Shown: positions 1 to 9,404 of the stretch, piece by piece | Layout of the letters: each line of letters starts with the position of its first letter | Numbering within the stretch: position 1 is the stretch's first letter | The notes under the pieces: generated by a model | Databases searched by the model: none | Told to the model about the DNA's origin: nothing | The model's input: the letters and a program-made list of their open reading frames with translations, nothing else | Assembly (NCBI GenBank): GCA_040386535.1 | Contig: JAZKFH010000003.1 | Location: 96,001 to 160,000 of the forward strand | Direction of reading: 5' to 3' | DNA from: Myxococcota bacterium | Lineage (GTDB): Bacteria > Myxococcota_A > UBA796 > SXON01 | DNA: 64,000 nucleotides | Made by a program: the position numbers and the translations under genes

Positions 1-80
1 CGCGCGGGGGTGACCACCATCTCGGGCTTGCCCGCGTTGAGCGACGGGCCTTCCGTGCAGGCGAGGAGGAGGACGAGCAT
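1..80 (-). CDS. Partial CDS (5' end only), probable lipoprotein
   Basis: The reverse strand from ATG at 80 reads MLVLLLACTEGPSLNAGKPEMVVTPA, a short hydrophobic stretch with an LLAC lipobox, and runs off the window edge. Confidence 0.6.
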   Translation of the reverse strand, partial: MLVLLLACTEGPSLNAGKPEMVVTPA

Positions 81-173
81 CGGACCCTTGCTGAACCTCC
101 ACCTATAAAGGATCCCCGGCGCTTCGGCCACCGCGCCCGAAGCCGGATGGATGACGGCGGGATAGACGGCGGC

Positions 174-1229
174 GTGTCAACCGATCCTGTCGCCGCCTGG
201 AAACACCACCTCTACGCCCGGGCCGCGCGCCGCCCGGACGAGCTCGCCCTCGCCGCGCACGCGTTGTACGGCGGCCCGCCGGACGCGTCGGGGCAGACCG
301 ATTTCCTCGACTTCTTCGTGATCGAGTGGGTCGACGCCGAGGGGTGGACCGAGGTGGAGCACGCCGTTCGCGACGGGGAGCTCCCCGCCGACGCCCTCCG
401 TTGGCCGCGCGAGGCCCGCACCGCCTTGTGGGTGGTGGACGGTTGGGAGGGCGACCAGGTGCTGCTCAGGGACGCGCGCACCGAGGCCGAGGTCGCTGTC
501 ACCGCGCCCGGCGCCGAGGCGGACCTGGTGCGCCGCTCGGTGATCCGCGCGCGGGTGGTACCTGTCGGCGACACGTGGCGCTTCTCCGGCGAGCCCGACG
601 TGTGGGATCCGATGAGCGTCATCGCCCGCATGGATCTGCTCCGGCAATGGATGGAGGGGCCCGAGCCCAAGCTGCTCGAGCACCTCGCGGACCTGCGCGC
701 GGGGTTCCTCCGGCAGCGCGAGGAGCGGGACGCCTGGATCCTCCACTTCGGCGCGGACGAGCTGGTCTTCCCGAACGCGAAGGACATGGAGCTCCGCCTC
801 GCCCCGTTCGTGAGCTACCTCAACAACGAGCACACCTTCCCCTCTCTCGGCGGGCTCACCCGCGCCGAGGCGTTCCGCACCAACAAGGGCGCCGATCCGA
901 CGATCATGCAGCTCTCGCTCGGCCCCACGTTGACGGGCCCGGGGCGCCCCGGGGTCATCTACGACGCGGTCGAGGGCGTCCACTTCCTGCCCGCCTACGG
1001 CGAGCTGCTCGCGCACCTGCGCGGCGAGGAGGAGCACCCGGCCGTGGTGCGGATGTACCTGGACGATCCGGGCATCACCCGCCTGCCCTTCCGGCGCGCC
1101 GGGGTGACAGGGGCGCTCGCCGCGTTGTTGGGCCGCCCGTCGGACGAGCCGTTGGACCAGCTGCTTGCCCCGTACAAGCCAATCGGCGTGCGTACGGCAC
1201 CAAGTGTGTTGCCAGGACTGGAAGACTGA
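174..1229 (+). CDS. Hypothetical cytoplasmic protein
   Basis: Long ORF (147..1229) with typical GC3-rich codons. Start placed at GTG 174; ATG 147 is an alternative. No family recognised with confidence. Confidence 0.7.
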   Translation: MSTDPVAAWKHHLYARAARRPDELALAAHALYGGPPDASGQTDFLDFFVIEWVDAEGWTEVEHAVRDGELPADALRWPREARTALWVVDGWEGDQVLLRDARTEAEVAVTAPGAEADLVRRSVIRARVVPVGDTWRFSGEPDVWDPMSVIARMDLLRQWMEGPEPKLLEHLADLRAGFLRQREERDAWILHFGADELVFPNAKDMELRLAPFVSYLNNEHTFPSLGGLTRAEAFRTNKGADPTIMQLSLGPTLTGPGRPGVIYDAVEGVHFLPAYGELLAHLRGEEEHPAVVRMYLDDPGITRLPFRRAGVTGALAALLGRPSDEPLDQLLAPYKPIGVRTAPSVLPGLED

Positions 1230-1332
1230 CGGGCCCGTCGGATCCCGCCCATACGTTGCCCTGTCCATCTCGCGTTCTCGGCGGACGCGGCGCCGAAGCT
1301 GGGATAGGGCCGCGCGGCTGGGAGGGCTTCCG

Positions 1333-2376
1333 ATGGGGGTGGAGGACGAGCGTGTAGAGGTCAGCACCGCGGTGGCGGTGCGGGGCGACGTTGGGTTCTT
1401 CTTCGGGACCCTCAAGTGGATCGAGGCACGGCGGCTGCTGGTCGAGGTCGACGCTGAGCTCGACCCGGGCGACGAGATCGATGTCCGCATCACGCTCGCG
1501 CCAACCACCGGCACGTCGTTGTTGAACGCGATCGTGACACGACCGCTGGTCACGGCGAAAGATGAGATTGCCCGATATCTGTTGGAGATCGTCCGTATCG
1601 CCCCCGACCAACGCGCCTTGCTCGACGACTGGAAGCTCAACGTCAAGAACCGCGGCACGTTCTCCCGGTTCGACACCGTCGTGTCCTCCCAACGTTCGAA
1701 CCCGCCGGCCGCCGGCCAGTCGAACGCCGAGGTGCGCATGGCGCTCGAGCGGATGGCACGGCGCGGCACCCCTTCCGCCGGCCCGGCGACCGATCCGTTC
1801 GGCGTGCGCTCGGACCTCGTGACCGGGGCCACCCGTGGTGCCGGCCGCGGCGCCATGCGGGACGCGCTGCATGGGGCCATCGCCCGCGGGGCCGCGGGTC
1901 GGCCGGCGGCGGGGTCCCAACCCTCTCCCCACTCGGTCCCTCCCGTCTCTGTCCCTCCCCGCTCCGTGCCCCCGATCTCCTCGGACGGGCCGGGGCGCGT
2001 GGTGGCCTCCGGCGGCACCAACCCCGGCTTCTGGATCCCCTCCCCCCAGCCGGTGCGGGACCCCTCCATCGCGACCACCCAGACCCGCACCGCCCATTGG
2101 ATGCAGGTCACCTGGCAATCGCCCGCGGCGTTCGAGCGCGACGCCCGGCTGCAGCTGTGCAACTACATCCTGGTGCTCCAAGCCGGCGGCGCCGAGCCGC
2201 TCCCGAGCGAGGAGCCGCTCCGCGTCATGCTCCACCACGGTGAGCTGCAGCTCGAGTGCGCCGCCACGATCAAGGCGCACGGCCCTCAGTCGGCCACCTA
2301 CCGCCTGATGCTCGACCCGCTCCAGATCGAGCGCCTCCGCCAGTGGAGCCTGGACTACCTGCCGCGGTCGCGCTGA
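1333..2376 (+). CDS. Protein with two degenerate PilZ-like beta domains and a Pro/Gly-rich linker
   Basis: The N-terminal (LKWIEARRLLVEVDAELDPGDEIDVRITL) and C-terminal (EPLPSEEPLRVMLHHGELQLECAATI) segments show a PilZ-like strand pattern. ATG 1333 follows GGAGGG. Confidence 0.55.
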   Translation: MGVEDERVEVSTAVAVRGDVGFFFGTLKWIEARRLLVEVDAELDPGDEIDVRITLAPTTGTSLLNAIVTRPLVTAKDEIARYLLEIVRIAPDQRALLDDWKLNVKNRGTFSRFDTVVSSQRSNPPAAGQSNAEVRMALERMARRGTPSAGPATDPFGVRSDLVTGATRGAGRGAMRDALHGAIARGAAGRPAAGSQPSPHSVPPVSVPPRSVPPISSDGPGRVVASGGTNPGFWIPSPQPVRDPSIATTQTRTAHWMQVTWQSPAAFERDARLQLCNYILVLQAGGAEPLPSEEPLRVMLHHGELQLECAATIKAHGPQSATYRLMLDPLQIERLRQWSLDYLPRSR

Positions 2377-2393
2377 TCTGTCCCAGGGCTGGC

Positions 2394-3743
2394 CTAGGGC
2401 GAGAAATACGTCCGGAGCAACCGCCGCAGATCGGGCTGGGGCCCGATGAGGTTCTCCCCTGTCTGCGGGGTGCCGGTCGCGACGAGCGCGGCGCGGAGCT
2501 CCTCGGGGGCCCACGGTTCGCCGGTGAGCTCGATGGCGACGGACTGCGCGATCGCGGCGATGGCGGCGATCATCGGCGACGCGCCCGAGGTGCCCCCGAA
2601 GCTGCGGGTGTAGGCCTGGCGCCCGTCCTCCTCCGGGTAGTACAGGTCGGCCACGGCCGTTCCGTACTCGCCCGACGTGGCGGTCACGATGCCGTCGTAC
2701 CAGCCCTGCACGTCGATCCGGGCGCCGTGGGACGAGCCGAGCGGGAACCAGCTCCGCGGCTCCCACACCCCGCCGCGGGGCGACGAGCCGCCGCCGACGA
2801 GGATGGAGCCGGAGTCGTGCTCGCGGTCGAACCAGCCGTCCCAATACTCGGCGTCGAGGTTCTGGCCCCCGTTGCCGCCGGGCTCGACCACCACGATGCC
2901 GGCGGCGACGGCGGCCTCGATGGCCGCGAACACGGCGGGATCCACGCTCACGGGGCAGTAGTCGCCGTTGGCGTAGGACTGCTGCTCGATGAGGATCACG
3001 TCGCCCGGGCGGAGGAGCGCGGTGGCCCCGGCCACGGCGGCGGCGATGTCATAGGCGCCGTCATCCGTGAACGGCGAGACGACGAGCGGGGTGGCGCCGG
3101 GCACCGCGCCGTCGATCCCGTACCCGTTCACCCCGCCCACGAGCTGCCCGAGCACGGAATTGCCGTGGTAGACGTACAGGTTCCGGTTCTCGCCCCAGGC
3201 GGCGGCGCCGATGGCCGATTCGAGGTCCTCGTGCGCCTCGTCCCAGCCGTACTCGATGTCGACGATGGTGACGTTGTCACCCCGGCCGCCCGGCCACCGC
3301 GCGGCCTCCGGAAAGCCGAGCCCCGGGAAGGCGTCGAGCCAGTCCTGCTCCACGCGCAGGTCGGGCGTGAACGGATCGATGTCGACGGGCGGCGGCATCG
3401 CGGCGTAGCCGAGCCAGGCGTGGGCGACGCGCGGATCGGCGAGCAGCTCGGTGCCGAGGAGCTCGGCGTCCTCCGTGTCGACGCGGAGGAACCGCGGCAG
3501 CGTGGCGGCGACGGGCCGCACCTTCGCGGGGCCGATCAGTGTGTCGAGATCGCGCCAGTCGACATCGTGGGCCCAGCGGGCGCGCTCGCGGGGGGCGGGC
3601 GCGTGGAGCTCGACGTAGAGCACGTCCGTGCGGCGCCCCTCCTCCCAATAGACGGCGGTGGGGCGTGCGGCGGTGGGGCGGACCGCGGTCGGAGGAGCAG
3701 CCGTGGCGGTGCCGACGAGGCTCCCCAGCAGCAGGAGCGTCAA
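2394..3743 (-). CDS. Secreted subtilisin-like S8 serine peptidase
   Basis: Catalytic triad motifs IVDIEYG, HGNSVLG and FGGTSGASP, plus oxyanion GGNG. Signal peptide LTLLLLGSLVGTATA. The TTG start overlaps the NUDIX stop (TTGA). Confidence 0.9.
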   Translation of the reverse strand: MTLLLLGSLVGTATAAPPTAVRPTAARPTAVYWEEGRRTDVLYVELHAPAPRERARWAHDVDWRDLDTLIGPAKVRPVAATLPRFLRVDTEDAELLGTELLADPRVAHAWLGYAAMPPPVDIDPFTPDLRVEQDWLDAFPGLGFPEAARWPGGRGDNVTIVDIEYGWDEAHEDLESAIGAAAWGENRNLYVYHGNSVLGQLVGGVNGYGIDGAVPGATPLVVSPFTDDGAYDIAAAVAGATALLRPGDVILIEQQSYANGDYCPVSVDPAVFAAIEAAVAAGIVVVEPGGNGGQNLDAEYWDGWFDREHDSGSILVGGGSSPRGGVWEPRSWFPLGSSHGARIDVQGWYDGIVTATSGEYGTAVADLYYPEEDGRQAYTRSFGGTSGASPMIAAIAAIAQSVAIELTGEPWAPEELRAALVATGTPQTGENLIGPQPDLRRLLRTYFSP

Positions 3744-4426
3744 CGCGCCCACCACCGGCCCACGGCGAACGGGAACCGCGTCGGCGGGTCCACCGGCTCG
3801 TCGGAGGGGTAGTCGGGGTCGCCGGGGAGCAGCACCCACACGTTGCCCTCCTCCACCTCGGTGAACCGCGGGCAGATCGGCGGGAGCGCGCGCCGGGCCG
3901 CGAGGGCGGCGGCCACGTCGGCGTACGGGAGGAGCTCGACGAGGGTGCGCAACGTGGGGGGCGCGAGCGGCAGGGTGCCGGCCTCGGCGCGGGCGAGCGC
4001 GTCGGCGGGGCGGAGCCAGGCGCCGGCCACGGCCTCCTGCCCGTCGATGCGCGCCTCGGCGCCCTCGGGCAGGGCGGCGACGAAGAACCACGTGTCGTAC
4101 CGGCGCGGCTCGATCTCGGGGGTGATCCAGTGGGACCACGGCACGAGCACGTCGAGCGTGTAGCCGTCGGCGTCCCCGAGGCGCACGCCGGCCTCCTCCT
4201 CCAGCTCGCGGGCGGCGGCGGCGCGGAAGTGGGCGGCGATGCCGTCCTCCCGGGTGAGGCGGGTGGCGAGCGCAGCGTCGCCCGGGTCGACCCGGCCGCC
4301 GGGAAAGACCCACGCGGCGCCCATGAAGCCCACGGCCCGGTTGCGCTCCATCATCCAGACCTCGGGCCCCGTGGGGGTGTCGCGAAGCAGGATGACCGTG
4401 GCGGCGGGGCGGAGGTCGGCGGGCAT
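3740..4426 (-). CDS. NUDIX hydrolase (NUDT19-like)
   Basis: PAATVILLR, WVFPGGRVD, AAARELEEEAGV (Nudix box) and HWITPEIEPRRYDTWFF motifs. Confidence 0.9.
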   Translation of the reverse strand: MPADLRPAATVILLRDTPTGPEVWMMERNRAVGFMGAAWVFPGGRVDPGDAALATRLTREDGIAAHFRAAAARELEEEAGVRLGDADGYTLDVLVPWSHWITPEIEPRRYDTWFFVAALPEGAEARIDGQEAVAGAWLRPADALARAEAGTLPLAPPTLRTLVELLPYADVAAALAARRALPPICPRFTEVEEGNVWVLLPGDPDYPSDEPVDPPTRFPFAVGRWWAR

Positions 4427-4525
4427 CCGAGCGTTTAGCGCGTTGGCGCCCCACCGGGGAGGGCCCCGTTGACCCGGGCCGGGGCCGTGACCAAGCTCTG
4501 GCCGAACTCCAGAGGTTCGAGGCAG

Positions 4526-5428
4526 ATGATCTCCGTGTGGCTCGCGGGCGCCGCGGTGTGGACAGCCGGCGCGTGGGCCGCCGCGGCCGCGGATGGCACC
4601 CCCGCGCCCGACGGACGCGCGCTCCACACCGTCATCGACCCCGCCCTCGAAGGCAACGGCCCGGGCGGCGGGCTCTTCGCCAACGGGCGCCGCCTCGGCG
4701 CCGTCACGTCCTCGCTCGACGCCACGGCGGTCGTCGCGTGGACCGTCCGGCCGCTCCGGCTCGCCGTCGTGATGCCCACGGAGGTCGGCGCCGACCGCAT
4801 CGTAGGGCTGCCTCCCCGCCTCGACCTGCGGTTCGTGATGGCCGATCGCCGCCGCGGCGGGCTCGGCGTCGGCGCGGCGATCGACAGCCCCTTCCCCTTC
4901 GTCCGGGGCGGCGATCCGGACGCGCACGGGCGCATCACGCTGGGGGTCGGGAAGAAGGACACCGTCTTTGCCGTGAACCTCGGCGCCGCCATCGGGCGCC
5001 CGCTCGAGGCGTTCACCTGGTCGTTCGGGGGCGCCCTCCCCCTCACGGGGCCCCTCGGCGCCTTCGCGGAGCTCGAGGGGGTGGCGCCGATCACCCTCCG
5101 ACTCCCCGATCCCTCGATGGGCGCGCCGGCCTGGATGGGCGCGCGGGCCGGCCTCCACCTCGCCCCGATCCGGCCGCTCGTCCTGACGGTCGCCGTCGCC
5201 GGGAGCCGCGCGTCCGCTTTCCCGACCCTTTCAGTCGGCGCCGTGTGGATCCCCGCGCCGCGGCCGCGCCGCCCCCGCACGGACGGCCCCGACCGCGACC
5301 GCGACCGCGTGGCCGACAATGTCGATGCTTGCCCGGAACAACGGGAGGACTTCGACGGTGGCAACGACGCTGACGGATGTCCGGACGGCGGGGCACGAAC
5401 GCCGCCCACACCCGACGCTTCTTGGTAG
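4526..5428 (+). CDS. Putative outer-membrane beta-barrel protein with one C-terminal TSP3-like motif and no OmpA domain
   Basis: Signal peptide, amphipathic beta strands, then DRDRDRVADNVDACPEQREDFDGGNDADGCPD, which resembles the TSP3 motif in the next gene. Confidence 0.65.
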   Translation: MISVWLAGAAVWTAGAWAAAAADGTPAPDGRALHTVIDPALEGNGPGGGLFANGRRLGAVTSSLDATAVVAWTVRPLRLAVVMPTEVGADRIVGLPPRLDLRFVMADRRRGGLGVGAAIDSPFPFVRGGDPDAHGRITLGVGKKDTVFAVNLGAAIGRPLEAFTWSFGGALPLTGPLGAFAELEGVAPITLRLPDPSMGAPAWMGARAGLHLAPIRPLVLTVAVAGSRASAFPTLSVGAVWIPAPRPRRPRTDGPDRDRDRVADNVDACPEQREDFDGGNDADGCPDGGARTPPTPDASW

Positions 5429-5541
5429 GCGCAGGCCCAGATGACGCCGGCCCCGACCGGGTACGCTCCCCGAGAAGCGAGTGGACATGCGGGAGCCTGC
5501 CCGGTAGGCTTGCGCCGTCAACACCATCGTTCGGAGAATGG

Positions 5542-8500
5542 ATGAAACACGCACGCCTCCTGCCGCTTGCAATCGGCCTGTTTGTCCCATTCCACGCTCT
5601 CGCGGCCTGGCCCACGGACGATGCCTGGCTCCCCTTCCAGAAGGGCGGGGTCGACCTGTACGACGTGCCGCTGGACCACGTGCACCTCGACGGTGCCGAT
5701 GGAAGTGTCGACCTCGTGGGAGACGCCACGCTGCTCGCCCCGGTGGCGTACTGGTATGCCGACGATCTGGCCCTCTACCTCCGGATGCGGGTCAACGAAG
5801 ATCCTCGCCTCACGCCGGCTTCGAGCACCCTGCGGTCCAGCGGCTGGGCGTTCCTCCTGGACACCGACACCGAGCCGACCACCTTCGAGTACATGCTCGG
5901 GCTGACCGGTCCCGGCACGCTCTGGCTCGGGGAGAACAACCCCTATGAGGGGGATGGCCCCTACGACACCGTGGAGACCTTCCCGGAGACCTGGCTCGAC
6001 CCGGTCGGTGACGACCTCGTGCGGGTGCTGGACGCCGGTACGACCATCTCGAGCGCCGCCGACTTCTTCATCGACATGCAGTTCGACCGGGCCACGCTGG
6101 ATCTGGTGACCGGCAACGCGCTCGACGGCACCTTCGGCGTCGTGATCATCACCGAGCACCTGCCGCTCGTGGTGTCGCTCGACAACGACATCGCCGGAAA
6201 CGACGACAGCGCGGGCCCCGGCTCCATGCCCGACCATACGACCGACGCCATCGGCATCGACCAGGACGGCGACGGCCTGACCGACCCCGAAGAGGCCGCC
6301 CACGGCACGGACCCGACCGACGGCGACTCGGACGACGATGGCCTGGGAGACGGCACCGAGGTCGATCTCACCACCGATCCCCTCGCCTGCGACTCCGATG
6401 GCGACGGCCTCTCCGACGGGCTCGAGAGCGGCGTCACCGAGGAGGATCTGCTGGACTCCCCGGACACCGACACCACGGCCGGCTGCTTCACGCCCGACTC
6501 GGACCCGACCACCACGACCAACCCCAACTCCGGGGACACGGACGGCGGCACGTTGTGGGACGGGCTCGAGGATGTCGACGGCGACGGGTTCATCGATCCC
6601 TGGGAGACCGATCCCAACGATCCGTCGGACGACGTGGACCTCGACGGCGACAGCATCCCCGACGGCACCGAGCTCGAGTGCCCGCTCGACGGCACGGCCG
6701 ACGATCAGGACGGCGACGGCATCCCCGACGTGGTCGAGGGCCTCGGCGACACCGACGGCGACGGCTTCCCGGACTTCTGCGACGTGGACGATGACGACGA
6801 CGGCATCCCCACCGACGTCGAGGGCGGCGACGACACCGACGGAGACGGCGTGCCCGACAACGAGGACCCCGACGCCGACGGCGACGGGATCCCCGACATC
6901 GACGAGGGCACCGCGGACGACGACTGTGACGGCATCCCGAACTACCAGGACGCGGATCCCACGGACGGCCCGTGCGCGGACACCGACGGCGACGGCCTGG
7001 ACAACCAGGCCGAGGACGAGTGCGCGTCGGACTCGAACAACCAGGACACCGACGGGGACGGGATCCCCGACGGCGAGGAGTCTTGCGACGAAGACGCCGA
7101 CTGCGACGATCTTCCGGACATCCTCGACGGCGACCACGATCCCGACGGCTGCGACAGCGCCGCCGGCGACGACACCGGCGGCCCGGCCTGCAACTCCAAG
7201 GATCCGTTCCTCGACTGCGGCCACTACACCGGCGGCGCCTGCTCCGTGGTCGATCCGCGCACCGCGCTCCTCCCCGCCCTCCTGGCCCTCGCCGGCGTGA
7301 TGCGTCGCCGCCGTCGCACGGCCGTCGCCGCCGTCGCCATCGGCGGGACCGCCCTCGGAGGCGTCGGCACCGCGTTCGCGCAGGACGAGTTCAACGCCCA
7401 ACGTTTCCGCCCCGTGCCGGACGGGCGCTCGCTCCTGACGGTCGAGGACGCCTCGGTCCCCGGCCCCGGCCTCGGCGGCGGGTTCTGGTTCAACTACGCG
7501 GCCGACCCGCTCGTGTACCGCTACGACGACGACCAGGACGACACCCGCCTCACCGGCGACGTCGCGACCGCCAACCTCGCCGCCTTCTTCACCCTCTCCC
7601 GGTTCCGCCTCGCGGTCGACATGCCGTTGCACCTCGCGGCGGGGAGCGACGTCGGCGCGGGCGGCTTCAGCCCGGGTGACCTCCGCTTCGACCTGAAGGC
7701 GACCCTGGTCGACCGCGCCAAGACCGGCTTCGGCATCGGCGCGGCCATCGATCTCGGCCTTCCCACCGGCGACGAGGCCGCGTGGCTCGGCGATCCCGGC
7801 GTGACCTTCGGCGGCCGCATCATCGCGACCGCGGGGCGCAAGCGCGGCATCCTGTCGGCGAACCTCGGCGTGCGCGGCGGCCCCCCGGCGGACCTGCTCC
7901 CCGACCTGACGTGGGGCACCCGCCTGTTCTGGGGCGTGGGCGGCGGCGTGCCGGTGGTCGAGGAGCTCGACGCCTTCGCCGAGATCGACGGCGAGGTCTC
8001 GTTCACCGACCTCGACGCGCTCGGCGCGGCGCCGATGGAGTGGCGGGCCGGCGTGAAGTATTACCCGCGCCCCGAGATCGTCGTGACCGGCGCCTTCGGC
8101 ACCGGCATCACCACGGGCGTCGGCGCCCCGGACTTCCGCGTGGTGGCGGGCCTCTCGTGGGTCCCCGTGATCAAGCGCGAGGCGGACGTGGTCACGACGG
8201 CGAAGGGCCCCGATCGCGACGGCGACGGCATCGAGGACACCAAGGACCTCTGCCCCGGCCAGCCCGAGGACCGCAACGGCCGCAACGACGACGACGGCTG
8301 CCCCGACGCCGGCCTGACCCCCACCCGCATCCAGGTCATCGACCCGCGCGGCCAGCGCGTCGCCAACGCCTCCGTCGAGCTCGTGTCCGGCCCCGAGTCC
8401 GGCCGCTACGTGCTCGGCAGCGGCGAGATGACGCGCTCCTTGCCCCCGGGCAAGTACAAGGTGCTCGCCCTCGCGGACAACTTCGAGGACGAAGCCGCGG

Positions 8501-9273
8501 TGATGGAGGTGCCCGACAACGACCGCTTCGAGTACACGTTCACGCTCGAGCCGGTCATCGCCGGCGGGCGGCTCATCGTGATCGCGGAGAACGAGCAGGG
8601 CATGCCCGTGTCCGCGCTCGTGACCGTGCTCGGCGGCGGCAAGAAGTTCACCACCGGCCCCGACGGAGTCGGCGAGGAGCGCCTCCCGCCCGGCGCGGTC
8701 GAGGTGTCCGTGTGGGCCGAGGGCTACCAGGCCGAACGTGTGAAGGCGAACATCCTCAAGGAGGAGCCCGCCAAGGTGACGGTCGTGCTCAAGAAGGCGC
8801 GCGCCATCGTGAAGGACGACCGCGTCGAGATCCTCGACAAGGTGTTCTTCGAGTTCGACAGCGCCACCATCAAGGCCGAGAGCTTCCGCATCCTGGACGA
8901 GGTGACGGCGATCCTGATGAACCACCCGGAGATCACGCTCGTCGAGGTGCAGGGCCACACCGACGACCAGGGCACGGACACCTACAACCTCGGCCTCTCC
9001 GATCGCCGCGCCGCCGCCGTTCGCGACTACCTGGTCACCGCCGGGGTCGAGGCCGCGCGCCTCCAGGCCAAGGGGTACGGCGAGTCCGACCCGCTCCAGC
9101 CCGGCGTGAGCGAGGAGGCCCGCGAGGCCAACCGGCGCGTCGTGTTCCAGATCCGCAAGGGCGGCAGCGGTGCCGCGGTGCGCCCCTCGGACACCACGGG
9201 CCCCTCGGACCGCCCCCGCGGCCAGGGCGCCGGCAAGCCCCCCCGCCCCGAGGACCGCCCGAAGCCGCGTTGA
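5542..9273 (+). CDS. Large surface protein: N-terminal beta domain, DxDGDG Ca-binding (TSP3-like) repeats, internal MYXO-CTERM-like tag, then beta-barrel, TSP3, Ig-like and OmpA C-terminal domains
   Basis: Signal peptide MKHARLLPLAIGLFVPFHALA; many DTDGDG repeats; GGACS-hydrophobic-RRRRR; OmpA motifs VFFEFDSATIK, VEVQGHTD, YNLGLSDRRAAAV, GYGE and ANRRVVF. Confidence 0.9.
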   Translation: MKHARLLPLAIGLFVPFHALAAWPTDDAWLPFQKGGVDLYDVPLDHVHLDGADGSVDLVGDATLLAPVAYWYADDLALYLRMRVNEDPRLTPASSTLRSSGWAFLLDTDTEPTTFEYMLGLTGPGTLWLGENNPYEGDGPYDTVETFPETWLDPVGDDLVRVLDAGTTISSAADFFIDMQFDRATLDLVTGNALDGTFGVVIITEHLPLVVSLDNDIAGNDDSAGPGSMPDHTTDAIGIDQDGDGLTDPEEAAHGTDPTDGDSDDDGLGDGTEVDLTTDPLACDSDGDGLSDGLESGVTEEDLLDSPDTDTTAGCFTPDSDPTTTTNPNSGDTDGGTLWDGLEDVDGDGFIDPWETDPNDPSDDVDLDGDSIPDGTELECPLDGTADDQDGDGIPDVVEGLGDTDGDGFPDFCDVDDDDDGIPTDVEGGDDTDGDGVPDNEDPDADGDGIPDIDEGTADDDCDGIPNYQDADPTDGPCADTDGDGLDNQAEDECASDSNNQDTDGDGIPDGEESCDEDADCDDLPDILDGDHDPDGCDSAAGDDTGGPACNSKDPFLDCGHYTGGACSVVDPRTALLPALLALAGVMRRRRRTAVAAVAIGGTALGGVGTAFAQDEFNAQRFRPVPDGRSLLTVEDASVPGPGLGGGFWFNYAADPLVYRYDDDQDDTRLTGDVATANLAAFFTLSRFRLAVDMPLHLAAGSDVGAGGFSPGDLRFDLKATLVDRAKTGFGIGAAIDLGLPTGDEAAWLGDPGVTFGGRIIATAGRKRGILSANLGVRGGPPADLLPDLTWGTRLFWGVGGGVPVVEELDAFAEIDGEVSFTDLDALGAAPMEWRAGVKYYPRPEIVVTGAFGTGITTGVGAPDFRVVAGLSWVPVIKREADVVTTAKGPDRDGDGIEDTKDLCPGQPEDRNGRNDDDGCPDAGLTPTRIQVIDPRGQRVANASVELVSGPESGRYVLGSGEMTRSLPPGKYKVLALADNFEDEAAVMEVPDNDRFEYTFTLEPVIAGGRLIVIAENEQGMPVSALVTVLGGGKKFTTGPDGVGEERLPPGAVEVSVWAEGYQAERVKANILKEEPAKVTVVLKKARAIVKDDRVEILDKVFFEFDSATIKAESFRILDEVTAILMNHPEITLVEVQGHTDDQGTDTYNLGLSDRRAAAVRDYLVTAGVEAARLQAKGYGESDPLQPGVSEEAREANRRVVFQIRKGGSGAAVRPSDTTGPSDRPRGQGAGKPPRPEDRPKPR

Positions 9274-9404
9274 AGGCGGACGACGAGCGGGCGGAGGAGA
9301 CGTCGGCGCGCGCGAGTGCATACGCGCGGACGCTCCTTGCAACGCCGCTTGAAAAGCATGACGCGAGGCGCTAACGATCTCCCCCACTGCCCCGGCAAAC
9401 ACGG

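Noticed and set aside
2394..4426. Functional link between the overlapping NUDIX and S8 peptidase genes
   Set aside because: Short gene overlaps are ubiquitous in this window, and nothing else supports a shared pathway between a cytoplasmic and a secreted enzyme.
2394..5158. Apparent long N-terminal extensions on the S8 (to 4454) and NUDIX (to 5158) ORFs, and likewise on ffh (to 46398), the kinase (from 16055) and the HK (from 29372)
   Set aside because: The extensions overlap neighbouring real genes in other frames and are Arg/Pro/Gly-rich noise. True starts were placed at the first conserved motif or signal peptide.
5518..9402. 1294-aa minus-strand ORF, and similar long antisense ORFs at 13197-16571, 40432-43611, 46638-49061 and 53253-56285
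   Set aside because: These are shadows of real genes on the opposite strand. High GC3 suppresses antisense stops, and the translations have no recognisable motifs.
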